This document shows positions 40,044 to 49,056 of a DNA stretch of 64,000 nt, piece by piece (positions within the stretch are counted from its first letter, which is position 1; the number at the start of each line of letters is the position of its first letter). The position numbers were made by a program, and so were the translations under genes. Origin of the DNA: an uncultured bacterium (GTDB taxonomy: Bacteria > Krumholzibacteriota > Krumholzibacteriia > Krumholzibacteriales > Krumholzibacteriaceae). The stretch lies in NCBI GenBank assembly GCA_963786935.1, contig CAWBAN010000001.1:192001-256000 (forward strand), written 5' to 3'. The notes beneath the pieces are model-generated. The model had not been told where the DNA came from. It did no database searches and saw only the letters and a list, made by a program, of their open reading frames with translations.

Positions 40044-41357
40044 GTGCCCGGAAGATTCGTGTGCACAATTGCCTTTGTGTTCTGCCTCGTCTCGGCGGGC
40101 CCGGCCGGCGGCCAGGGATCGCCCGACCGGCCCGTCGAACAGTCCGCCTTCGAGTTCTCCGTGAGCCAGGAGTTCGTCGAGGGCGCGACGCAGGCGGTCA
40201 TCGTGACCGCTTCGATACCGTACCGGCGCCTCGTCTTCTTTTTCCGGGACCGGCGGTACGAGGCGCGATACCGCGTCTATCTCGAGCTCAAGGGCAAGCA
40301 CGGGAAGAGCGCGCCCGGCGGCGTATGGGAAGAGTCGGTCGTCGTCGGCGACTTCCGGGAAACGACGTCGGCGGCGCAGTTCTCCGTGACGCGCCGGAGC
40401 TTTCCCGTCGATCCCGGCGAATACACGGTCACCGCGACGGTGGAGGTCATCGGGACGTCGCGGCGTTTCAAGGAGACGCGGCAGCTCCGCGTGGTCGGCG
40501 AGGACGCCGCGGAGCTCGTCGTGTCGAATCCCGTTTTCTACTCGCGTCGCGCGGAGGACTCGCTCTCGGCGAAGCCTCTGGGGGACGAAGCCGCCGTTTG
40601 GGTATGCCCCTCCGCGGGGGAGACCGGGGCGCGCGCCAATCCGGGAGCGGTCTACGGCGATTTCGGGGGGTGGGCGCGCATCGTCTTCGGCGTCGTCGTG
40701 CCGCCGCGTCGCTCCGCGGATTCGCTCGTGCTGACCGTCAGGGTGCTGGATGCGCGCGGCGCCGCGGCGGGCGGCGCGAAGCGGCCGTTCGATCCCGGAG
40801 CCGCGCGGCGGTCCGCGATCTGCGTCGAGCTGAATTTGGACAACGTTCCCGTCGGCGAGTACGGGATCGAAGCCGTCATCGAGACGGCCGGCGGCGCTCG
40901 GAAGAGCGGCGCGTCCGGGCGATTCGTCGTGCTGTTCAACGTGGGGCTCCTCTCCCGAACGGACGAGCTCGTCGAGCTGCTCTCGCTCGCGGGGGACGAA
41001 AAAGCCGCCCGGAAGGTCGCCGAAGCGCCTCCCGCCGAGCGCGTGCGCGCCTGGTCCCTCTTCTGGCGTTCGCTCGATCCGACCCCCTCGACCGAATCGA
41101 ACGAGGCGTTCGGCGACTTTCTCCAGAGGCTCAAGTACTCGCTCTCGGCCTTCTCGAAGCACAAGCCCGGCTGGCGGACGGATATGGGCAAGATATACAT
41201 CGAGCACGGCCCCCCCGACAAGGTCGAGGACCGGCAGACGACTCAACTGGGCGGGAATTACCAGCTCTGGTACTACTACTCGAAGGGGGTCGTCTATGTT
41301 TTCGAGGATACGATCGGGACCGGCGATTACCATCTCCTCTCAACCGAGATGATGTGA
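40044..41357 (+). CDS. GWxTD-domain protein, secreted
   Basis: Signal peptide; FWRSLDPTPSTESNE..GWRTDMGKIYIEHGPPD..QLWYY..F.D..GTGDY. Confidence 0.88.
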   Translation: MPGRFVCTIAFVFCLVSAGPAGGQGSPDRPVEQSAFEFSVSQEFVEGATQAVIVTASIPYRRLVFFFRDRRYEARYRVYLELKGKHGKSAPGGVWEESVVVGDFRETTSAAQFSVTRRSFPVDPGEYTVTATVEVIGTSRRFKETRQLRVVGEDAAELVVSNPVFYSRRAEDSLSAKPLGDEAAVWVCPSAGETGARANPGAVYGDFGGWARIVFGVVVPPRRSADSLVLTVRVLDARGAAAGGAKRPFDPGAARRSAICVELNLDNVPVGEYGIEAVIETAGGARKSGASGRFVVLFNVGLLSRTDELVELLSLAGDEKAARKVAEAPPAERVRAWSLFWRSLDPTPSTESNEAFGDFLQRLKYSLSAFSKHKPGWRTDMGKIYIEHGPPDKVEDRQTTQLGGNYQLWYYYSKGVVYVFEDTIGTGDYHLLSTEMM

Positions 41358-41362
41358 CCGGT

Positions 41363-42916
41363 ATGAACGGAAACCGCCGCGCCGTCCCCCTGATGCTCCT
41401 GCTCGCGATCCTCGCGGCGGCGGGCTGTTCCTCCGGCGCGCAGGACGCGACGGTGCGGCTCGCGCTGCAGACGGAGCCCACGACGCTCGATCCCGCCTAT
41501 TCGGTCGATTTCTCCTCGGGCAGGATCGCCTCGCTCATTCATTCGAATCTCGTCGCCTTCGATCCGGACGCGCGGATCGTCCCCGATCTCGCCCGCAGCT
41601 GGGAGGTCCTCGACGGCGGCCGCCGCTACATGTTCCATCTCGGCGGCGCCCGCTTCTCCAACGGGCGGCCGGTGACCGCGTCGGACGTCGTCTACTCGAT
41701 GCGGCGGCTCCTCGATCCCGGGACCGTGTCGCCCCGGTGGTGGCTGCTCAAGCCGATCGCCGGCGCCGCCGCGTTCCACGGGGGAGGGGCGTGGGACGCC
41801 GCGTCGGTGCGGGCGCTCGACGATTCGACGGTCGCCGTGAGGCTCGAATATCCCGTCGCCCATTTCCTCGGGCTGCTGGCGATGCCCGCGGCGGGGATCG
41901 TGTGCCGCGAGGAGGTCGAGCGGCTCGGGAAGGGATACGGGCGCACGCCCTGCGGGAGCGGTCCCTGGAAGCTGTCCGCGTGGCGGGAGGGGGACGAGAT
42001 CGTGCTGGCGCCGAATCCGGGTTATCCCGGCCGCCGGACGCCGCTGGCGGGGCTCTCCTTCCGCGTCATTCCCGAGCAGATGACGCAGATCGCCGAGTTC
42101 GAGGTCGGCTCCCTCGACGTCCTCGAGGTGCCGCGCGCGGAGCTGGAGCACTGGCGCGCGGCCGGCACGACGCTCCTCTCGCGGGAGGAGCTCAGGGTCG
42201 TCTATATCGGATTCAACACGACGCGCCCCCCCTTGAGCGATCCCCGCGTGCGGCGCGCCCTCAACATGGCGGTGGACGTCGAGAAGATCATCGCGCACGT
42301 TCTGTTCGGCGCGGGGGAGCGCTCGCGCGGCGTCGTCCCGCCGAGCCTGCGCGGCGCGCCGGGGCCGGCGGAGCGCTACCCGTTCGACCCCGCCCGCGCG
42401 CGCGCGCTGCTCGCGGAGGCGGGATATCCGCGCGGTTTCGCCATGGAGCTCTGGCAGCGGGAGAATCCGGAAGCGGGCCTGATTCTCGAGAGCGTCCAGG
42501 CGTACCTGGCCGACGTCGGCGTGACGGCCACGCTCGTCACGCGGGAGTGGGGGGCCTTCAAGGAAGCGATCGACCGGGGCACGCCCGACGCATTCTTCAT
42601 CGATTGGCTCGCCGATTACCCCGACGCGGAGAATTTTCTCGCCCCGCTCTTCTCGTCGGCGAATATCGGCGGGGGAGGGAACCGGACCGGCTATCGCAAC
42701 GCGCGCGTCGACTCGATCCTCGACGCCGCGTCGACGTGTCTGGACGCCGCGAAGCGCGGGGAGCTCCACCGGGCCGCGGAGGACATCGTGTACGGGGACG
42801 CGCCGTGGCTCTTTCTCTGGTTTCCCGAGAAGTACGAGGTCGTGAGCCCGCGGCTCACGGGATATCGGATCCCGCTCATCTTCAACGGCCAGCGTTTTCT
42901 CGAGACGGGCGTTTGA
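41363..42916 (+). CDS. Peptide ABC transporter substrate-binding lipoprotein (family 5)
   Basis: Lipobox-like LAAAGC; EPTTLDP, PDLARSW, FSNGRPVTASDV, GSGPW and DPRVRRAL motifs. Confidence 0.9.
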   Translation: MNGNRRAVPLMLLLAILAAAGCSSGAQDATVRLALQTEPTTLDPAYSVDFSSGRIASLIHSNLVAFDPDARIVPDLARSWEVLDGGRRYMFHLGGARFSNGRPVTASDVVYSMRRLLDPGTVSPRWWLLKPIAGAAAFHGGGAWDAASVRALDDSTVAVRLEYPVAHFLGLLAMPAAGIVCREEVERLGKGYGRTPCGSGPWKLSAWREGDEIVLAPNPGYPGRRTPLAGLSFRVIPEQMTQIAEFEVGSLDVLEVPRAELEHWRAAGTTLLSREELRVVYIGFNTTRPPLSDPRVRRALNMAVDVEKIIAHVLFGAGERSRGVVPPSLRGAPGPAERYPFDPARARALLAEAGYPRGFAMELWQRENPEAGLILESVQAYLADVGVTATLVTREWGAFKEAIDRGTPDAFFIDWLADYPDAENFLAPLFSSANIGGGGNRTGYRNARVDSILDAASTCLDAAKRGELHRAAEDIVYGDAPWLFLWFPEKYEVVSPRLTGYRIPLIFNGQRFLETGV

Positions 42917-42931
42917 TCCGGGGGGCGTGAC

Positions 42932-43870
42932 GTGCGCGCATTCGTCGTGAAACGCGTTTTGATGCTCGTTCCGATTCTTTTCGGCGTGGCGACCCTCACC
43001 TTCCTCCTCATGTACGTCGTGCCGGGGGATCCGGTGCGCGCGCTCGCCGGGGAGCGCTACGACGAGGAAACGCTCGCCCGGATGCGCGCGGAGCTCGGGC
43101 TCGACCGGCCGCTCGCCGTCCAGTACGTCGATTTTCTCGGCCGCCTCGCGCGCTTCGATCTGGGAACCTCGTTCGTCACACGGCGCCCCGTCGCCGAGGC
43201 GATCCGGGAGCGGTTCCCGCGGACGCTCGCGCTCGCGTTGAGCGCGATGGCGCTCGCGATCGCGGGGGGCGTGGCGATCGGCGCCGTCGCCGCCTGGAAC
43301 CGGCACCCCGCCGTGTCGCGGCTGCTCATGACCGTTTCGCTCGTGGGCGTTTCGATGCCCGTGTTCTGGCTGGGGCTCCTCCTCATCTATCTCTTCGCGA
43401 TCACGCTCCGCGTGCTGCCGCCTTCGGGATACGGCGGCGGCTCGATCCGCCACCTGATTCTTCCCGCGCTCACGCTGTCCTTCGCGTCGATGGCGACGAT
43501 CGCCCGGGTGACGCGCTCGGGCGTGCTCGACGCGCTCGGGGAGGATTACGTGCGGACGGCGCGCGCGAAGGGACTCGGCGAGCGGATCGTCCTCGGCAAG
43601 CACGTGCTCCGGAACGCGCTCATTCCCGTCATCACGATCGCCGGGGCGGACTTCGGCGGCTATCTGAGCGGCTCCGTCCTGACCGAATCGGTTTTCGGAT
43701 GGCCCGGTCTCGGCCGGTTCATCGTGCAGGCGATCCTCAAACGCGATTTCCCGGTGATCCAGGGAGCGGTGCTCTTCATGGCGGTGCTGTTCGTGCTCGT
43801 GAATCTCGCCGTCGACCTGAGCTACGGCGCGATCGATCCGCGGATCAGGCCGGAAGGGGGGAAGCGGTGA
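42932..43870 (+). CDS. Peptide ABC transporter permease (OppB/DppB family)
   Basis: VPGDP, GLDRPL, EDYVRTARAKGL and ESVFGWPGLG motifs. Confidence 0.9.
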   Translation: MRAFVVKRVLMLVPILFGVATLTFLLMYVVPGDPVRALAGERYDEETLARMRAELGLDRPLAVQYVDFLGRLARFDLGTSFVTRRPVAEAIRERFPRTLALALSAMALAIAGGVAIGAVAAWNRHPAVSRLLMTVSLVGVSMPVFWLGLLLIYLFAITLRVLPPSGYGGGSIRHLILPALTLSFASMATIARVTRSGVLDALGEDYVRTARAKGLGERIVLGKHVLRNALIPVITIAGADFGGYLSGSVLTESVFGWPGLGRFIVQAILKRDFPVIQGAVLFMAVLFVLVNLAVDLSYGAIDPRIRPEGGKR

Positions 43871-44769
43871 CGCGGGGCGGAGGATTCTGGCGGAGATTCG
43901 CGCGGTCGCGCGCGGCCGCGGCGGGGCTCGTCATCTTCGCCGTGCTGCTGGCGGCCGCGATCCTCGCGGAGGCGATCGCTCCCGCGCCCCCGGAGGCGAT
44001 CGACCTCGACGCGGCGCTCGAGCGCCCGTCGGTCCGCCATCCGTTCGGCACCGACCCGTTCGGGCGGGACGTGCTGTCGCGGATCGTGCACGGATCGCGC
44101 ATCTCGCTCGGCGTCGGCTTCCTCGCGCGGACCATCTCGCTCCTCATCGGGCTCGCCCTCGGCGCGCTCGCGGGGTACTTCGGCGGCCGCCTCGACTCGG
44201 TGCTCATGCGGCTCGCGGACATCACCTTCGCCTATCCGACGCTGCTCCTCCTCATCGCGATCATCGCCGTCGTCTCGCCGGGCATCGTGTCGCTGTTCGT
44301 CACGCTCGGCGTCGTCGGATGGGCCTCGGTGGCGCGGCTCGTGCGGGCCGAGGTGCTCTCGGTGAAGGAGCGCGAGTACGTGCAGGCGGCGCGGGCCTCG
44401 GGAGCGAGCCACGCCGTGATCCTGCTCCGGCATATTCTGCCGCAGTGCCTCGCGAGCGTCCTCGTCGTCTACACGCTCGGTCTCGGAATGACGATCATGG
44501 CCGAGGCGTCCCTGAGCTTCCTCGGGCTCGGCGTCCAGCCGCCGGCGCCGAGCTGGGGAGGGATGATCTCGGGGGGCATCGCCTTCATGCGGACCGCGCC
44601 CTGGCTCTCGTTCTTTCCGGGGCTCTTTCTCACCCTTACCGTGTGCTCGCTCAACCTGATCGGCGACGGGTTGCGGGACGCCCTCAATCCCCGCCTCTCC
44701 CCGGGGCTCGCGGGAGCGTCCGGCGCCGCCGGCGGGCGAAGCGATCGAAGGGAGCCGATCGATGGATAA
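43867..44769 (+). CDS. Peptide ABC transporter permease (OppC/DppC family)
   Basis: HPFGTDPFGRD, EYVQAARASGA and EASLSFLGLG motifs. GTG start overlaps the upstream stop. Confidence 0.9.
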   Translation: MTRGGGFWRRFARSRAAAAGLVIFAVLLAAAILAEAIAPAPPEAIDLDAALERPSVRHPFGTDPFGRDVLSRIVHGSRISLGVGFLARTISLLIGLALGALAGYFGGRLDSVLMRLADITFAYPTLLLLIAIIAVVSPGIVSLFVTLGVVGWASVARLVRAEVLSVKEREYVQAARASGASHAVILLRHILPQCLASVLVVYTLGLGMTIMAEASLSFLGLGVQPPAPSWGGMISGGIAFMRTAPWLSFFPGLFLTLTVCSLNLIGDGLRDALNPRLSPGLAGASGAAGGRSDRREPIDG

Positions 44770-45832
44770 CGCCCCTCAGCGACTGTGTGAGGCCGTTTCC
44801 GCGGCCGAGAAGGAATGCGGCCTCGACTGGCGCCGGAGCTACTCGAAGCTCTCGCCGCGCGCGACGGGCTCGTTCGAGCTCGAGCTGAGCCGCGACGAGG
44901 TGCTGCGCGCCCTTCCGGACCGTCTCACGGGATTCGCCCTCGAGCGCGACGAGGCGGGGCGCGTGAGACGAGCCTCGTCGAACGGGCTGACGGTGCGGAT
45001 CACGCTGCTCTCGCCGGGAACGGCCCGGCCGCTCTGGGTCACGTCGAGCGTGGCCGACGTGCGGCGCGAGGGGGCGCACGCCGCGGAGCTGCTCACGCAG
45101 CTCATCATGGGGGAGGCGGCGTTGCCGCTCAAGGCGGAGGGGGACTGGTATTTCGTGCGCCTCGCGGACGATTATCACGGATGGGTGCGATCGTGGTACG
45201 TCCGCGAAACGGATGCCGGGGAGATCGCGGCGTACGAGGCGGCCGCGAACGCCGTCGTCGCGGCGAACGTCGCCTACGCGCTTTCGGCCCCCGCGGAGGG
45301 GAGCCTTCCCGTTTCCGAAGCGGTCGCCGGGGCGCGTGTCGTCGCCGCCCCGCCGGCCGGCGGATATCGCGCCGTCACCCTCCCCGGCGGAAAGAGCGGA
45401 TTCATGCGGGAGGATGCGCTCGCGGAGCGGCGCCGGTCCGGAGCCCCCGATCGCGAGCGCCTCGTCGAGCGGGCGAAGCGCTTCGTGGGAATCCCGTATC
45501 TCTGGGGCGGGACGACGCCGAAAGGCTTCGACTGCTCGGGGCTCGTGCAGCGCGCGTATCTCATGGAGGGCATCTCGCTGCCGCGCGACTCGGACATGCA
45601 GGCGCTCGTCGGGGATCCCGTGCCGAGGGAAGACGCCGCGCGGCTCGCGCCGGGGGATCTCCTCTTCTTCGGCGAAGGGGGACGCGTCTCTCACGTCGCG
45701 ATGAGCCTGGGCGGGGACCTCTTCATACATTCGAGCGGGGAGGTGAGGATCAACAGCCTGCGGATCGGCGACGAGCGTTGCGATGAAAAATTCTCGAAAA
45801 TATTTCTTTTCGCCCGGTCCGTTCTGCGGTAA
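44762..45832 (+). CDS. SH3b + NlpC/P60 (C40) peptidase, YkfC-like gamma-D-Glu-diamino acid endopeptidase
   Basis: SH3b-like ELLTQLIMGE..WYFVRLADDYHGWV; PYLWGG..FDCSG, LPRDS, GDLLFF, HVA and FIHS motifs; no signal peptide. Confidence 0.85.
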   Translation: MDNAPQRLCEAVSAAEKECGLDWRRSYSKLSPRATGSFELELSRDEVLRALPDRLTGFALERDEAGRVRRASSNGLTVRITLLSPGTARPLWVTSSVADVRREGAHAAELLTQLIMGEAALPLKAEGDWYFVRLADDYHGWVRSWYVRETDAGEIAAYEAAANAVVAANVAYALSAPAEGSLPVSEAVAGARVVAAPPAGGYRAVTLPGGKSGFMREDALAERRRSGAPDRERLVERAKRFVGIPYLWGGTTPKGFDCSGLVQRAYLMEGISLPRDSDMQALVGDPVPREDAARLAPGDLLFFGEGGRVSHVAMSLGGDLFIHSSGEVRINSLRIGDERCDEKFSKIFLFARSVLR

Positions 45833-45911
45833 TAATGGCGTCGAGAAGAAGAAGGGCTCTCGATCGCCCGCGAGGCGCGGAGAAAATAATTTGAATTACG
45901 CTAAAAAAATA

Positions 45912-45940
45912 TTGACAAGATTTCCTAGTGCCTTTAACTT
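45912..45940 (+). promoter_or_regulatory. Sigma70-type promoter with AT-rich upstream tract
   Basis: A-tract, then TTGACA (45912-45917), 17-nt spacer, TAACTT (45935-45940). Confidence 0.7.
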
Positions 45941-46236
45941 AACGCCCAAAAAATCAAGAGGGTTCGAGGTTCATTGAGAGGGGGTCGCCGGAAAAACTTG
46001 GTACATGATTTGACCAGTTGACGAGGTTTGAGAAGCGGGCTTGCGGCGGTGCCGCAAGTACCAACAGAATTGACGCCTTATCGAGAAAGGGGGAAAGCCA
46101 AAAGAGAGACGTAAGCGCCTCTTAAGGCGCAGCGATGAAGGAGAAACCAGGAAACTCATCCGCTTACGTGTGCGGTTATATAGAAAGGATCCTGAAGGTT
46201 TTTCCCGCAAGGGAGATTTCTGACAGGGGGTTTGTA

Positions 46237-47664
46237 ATGAAAAAGGCATTCGCAATTCTCCTCTCGGCGCTCTTCGTGGTCGCCCTCGCCGTCCCGGTCT
46301 TCGCGACCGACGCTCGGCAGTACGCCCTCGGCAGCGTCGGCCCGTACATCGAGGATGACTTCAACATCTTCACGTGGTACGGCACGCTACCTTCCTACAG
46401 CAACACGGTGTGGATCGGCCTCGAGTATTACGATTACTACATGTACCTCGGCGCGTCGTCTGACGACGGCTACGGCGGCCGTCCGTACCTCGGCGCCGCC
46501 TACGGGCTCGGCTCGGAAGGCAAGTACGGAACGCTGGCGATGTTCTTCAACAACGTCGGCATGCCGTTGAACCGCGGGGGCTGGGGCTGGGACAGCTATG
46601 ATCCCTACACCAACAGCCTGCCGGCCAAGTGGGAAGTCATGTACGGCTACGCGATGGAGAAGCTCTCCTTCGGTCTGTACTTCAGCCGCGCCGACGGACA
46701 TACGACGTACGACTGGAGCAGGACCTATGCCCTTCCCGATACGACCGTTGCGTACCTCGATGATTACCAGATGGCGTACACGACGATCGGCGCCGGCGTC
46801 CGCTTCGACATCGGCGAGAAGATGTACGCGGACCTCGCGTTCGACTACAAGTGGGCGGGCCAGACGGTCAACGAGGAAAGCTACTCCGGAGATTATTACT
46901 ACGGCTGGGGCGAAGTCAGCGCCGACGCCAACAAGATGATGAACTTCCGCGGCCGCATGTTCTACGAATGGAACGAAACGATCACCTGGGTTCCGTACGC
47001 GAGCTTCGGCACCTTCGATTTCAGCCTCGACAGCGACTCGACGAAGGTCTTCAACCGCGTCTTCACGAACGACACGCTCTCGTGGAAGGATGTCAATTAC
47101 GGCGTGAAGGGCATGGAGTTCATCCTCGGACTCGGCGCGAACATCAAGGTCAACGAGAACAACCTGCTCCTCTTCGCGATCGAGCCCTACAGCTACCGCA
47201 AGCTCGAGCAGTCGGATCCCCCGGCGGGGGATTTCGTGCGGTACGACGCCTACTACTATCCGTACTACTACAATGACAGCTATGAGTGGGGCAAGAAGCA
47301 CGAAGATACCGAGACGATTCTCCCGACGTTCCGCCTCGCCCTTGAAAGCGACGTTCGGGATTGGCTGACCTTCCGAATCGGCGCCGTGAAGGGGTTCTAT
47401 AAGGACGAGTACAAGCTGAGCTACACGGCCCAAACCGGTCCGGATGACGAAGACGACATCGAGGAATACGAGGAGACCGATACGTATGTCGGAAGCTATT
47501 TCGAATACTACATGGGTCTCGGATTCCACGTGAGCGATTTCGACATCGATGTGGTCGTCAACAACAACCTGCCGTTCCGCATCGGCTACTGGCTGACCGG
47601 CTATCAGCCCAGCGAGTACTCCGGTCCTCCGGTGTACATGCTGTCCGCGACGTATCACTTCTAG
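46237..47664 (+). CDS. Tyr-rich putative outer-membrane beta-barrel protein
   Basis: Signal peptide MKKAF..VPVFA, amphipathic aromatic strands, C-terminal YHF, own promoter and terminator. Confidence 0.7.
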   Translation: MKKAFAILLSALFVVALAVPVFATDARQYALGSVGPYIEDDFNIFTWYGTLPSYSNTVWIGLEYYDYYMYLGASSDDGYGGRPYLGAAYGLGSEGKYGTLAMFFNNVGMPLNRGGWGWDSYDPYTNSLPAKWEVMYGYAMEKLSFGLYFSRADGHTTYDWSRTYALPDTTVAYLDDYQMAYTTIGAGVRFDIGEKMYADLAFDYKWAGQTVNEESYSGDYYYGWGEVSADANKMMNFRGRMFYEWNETITWVPYASFGTFDFSLDSDSTKVFNRVFTNDTLSWKDVNYGVKGMEFILGLGANIKVNENNLLLFAIEPYSYRKLEQSDPPAGDFVRYDAYYYPYYYNDSYEWGKKHEDTETILPTFRLALESDVRDWLTFRIGAVKGFYKDEYKLSYTAQTGPDDEDDIEEYEETDTYVGSYFEYYMGLGFHVSDFDIDVVVNNNLPFRIGYWLTGYQPSEYSGPPVYMLSATYHF

Positions 47665-47689
47665 AAGTGACCGGCGCGCGTTTGAGCGC

Positions 47690-47718
47690 AAGGGGGGCCG
47701 TTCGGGCCCCCCTTTTTT
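47690..47718 (+). terminator. Rho-independent terminator
   Basis: AAGGGGGGCC-loop-GGCCCCCCTT followed by a T-run. Confidence 0.85.
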
Positions 47719-47778
47719 ATCCCTTTTCTGGTCTATTACTTGCAGCCTCCCCCGTGATCTCCGGAATCAAGGGGGAGC

Positions 47779-49029
47779 ATGTACTTTTTCTATTACATCC
47801 CCATCGGGCTCGACGTCGGGGCGCGGAAGCGGCCGTACGTCACCTATTTTCTGGCGGCCTCATGCGTAATCCTTTATATTATATATAGATACAGACCGAT
47901 CGGGCAGTGGTGGGATTTCACTCTGCTCATCTTCCAGCCGAGCGCCCCTTCCGCCGCCACTGCGGTCACCCATGCCTTTTTGCATGGCGGGTGGATGCAT
48001 CTGATCGGAAACCTCGTTTACCTCATCGTGTTCGGGAGACCGCTCGAGGACCGGCTCGGTTCCTTCAAATTCTATCTCGTATTCACGCTGTCGGCCGCGG
48101 TCGGGGCGTACACGCATCTCATCCTGACCGCGCTCTATTCCCCCGCGTATTTGCAGTACGGCGTCATCGGCGCATCGGGAGCGACCTCGGGCATCCTGGG
48201 GGCGTATCTCGTTCGATTGCATTTCAGCCGGGTGCGCGTCGGGTACTGGGTGTTCATGCCCTTGCAGGGGGTGAACCGGGCGGGGAGGACGTACGTTCCC
48301 GTCATCTTCGCGATTCTTTTCTGGTTCGCGCTCCAGGGGATCCGCGCGGTGATTCAGTTCGGGACGGGGGGGATGAGCGTCGCGTACAGCGTCCATCTCG
48401 GCGGATTCGCGGCGGGAGCCTTGCTCGCGGTCGGCTTCGGGGCGCTCGCCCGCGCGCGCGCCGAGCGTTGCCTCGCCGCGGCCCGGCGACGCTTCGAGGC
48501 GGCTGACTGGTTCGGCGCGCAGGCGGAATACGCCGAGTACCTCGCCCTGGAGCGGGGGGACGCCGGGGTGAACGCGGAGCAGGCCCGGGCGCATCTCGCC
48601 GCGGGGGACCGGCCGGGCGCGCGTGAATTCTACGTTGAAGCGGTGCGGATGTCCGCCGAGAACGGGCAGCGGGACGCCGCGGAGGCGTATTTCGACGAGG
48701 CGATGCGCCACATCCCGAGCTTCGCCCTTCCCGAGCCCCTCCATATCGATATCGCCTGCGGGATGGAGCGGACTCTCAAGTATCGCTCGGCGATGGCGGC
48801 CTACGAGCGTTTTATGCGGTGCTATCCGCGCTCGCAGGAGGCGCCGTTCGTTCTTCTCAGGATGGCGGGCATGCTCGAAAAGCGCTTCGAACGGCCGGAA
48901 GAGGCGCTCGCCTGCTATGTGAGGCTCGCCGGCGAGTACGCGGCCGATCGGTGGGCCGAGTACGCGCGGAAGGAAATCGGGCGTCTGGAACGCTTCGTTT
49001 CCGCGATTCCGGCGTTCGAGAAAAAATGA
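47779..49029 (+). CDS. Rhomboid intramembrane serine protease with C-terminal TPR region
   Basis: HAFLHGGWMHLIGN, catalytic GASG and HLGG motifs; TPR-like C-terminal ~190 aa. Confidence 0.88.
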   Translation: MYFFYYIPIGLDVGARKRPYVTYFLAASCVILYIIYRYRPIGQWWDFTLLIFQPSAPSAATAVTHAFLHGGWMHLIGNLVYLIVFGRPLEDRLGSFKFYLVFTLSAAVGAYTHLILTALYSPAYLQYGVIGASGATSGILGAYLVRLHFSRVRVGYWVFMPLQGVNRAGRTYVPVIFAILFWFALQGIRAVIQFGTGGMSVAYSVHLGGFAAGALLAVGFGALARARAERCLAAARRRFEAADWFGAQAEYAEYLALERGDAGVNAEQARAHLAAGDRPGAREFYVEAVRMSAENGQRDAAEAYFDEAMRHIPSFALPEPLHIDIACGMERTLKYRSAMAAYERFMRCYPRSQEAPFVLLRMAGMLEKRFERPEEALACYVRLAGEYAADRWAEYARKEIGRLERFVSAIPAFEKK

Positions 49030-49056
49030 TTTGCACTTTTTTGCGGTTGTGCCAAA

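Noticed and set aside
46078..46170. SAM-I, lysine riboswitch or hammerhead similarity (TTATCGAGA, GAAAGGGG, GATGA..GAAAC)
   Set aside because: Only isolated words match; the required conserved cores and stems are absent.
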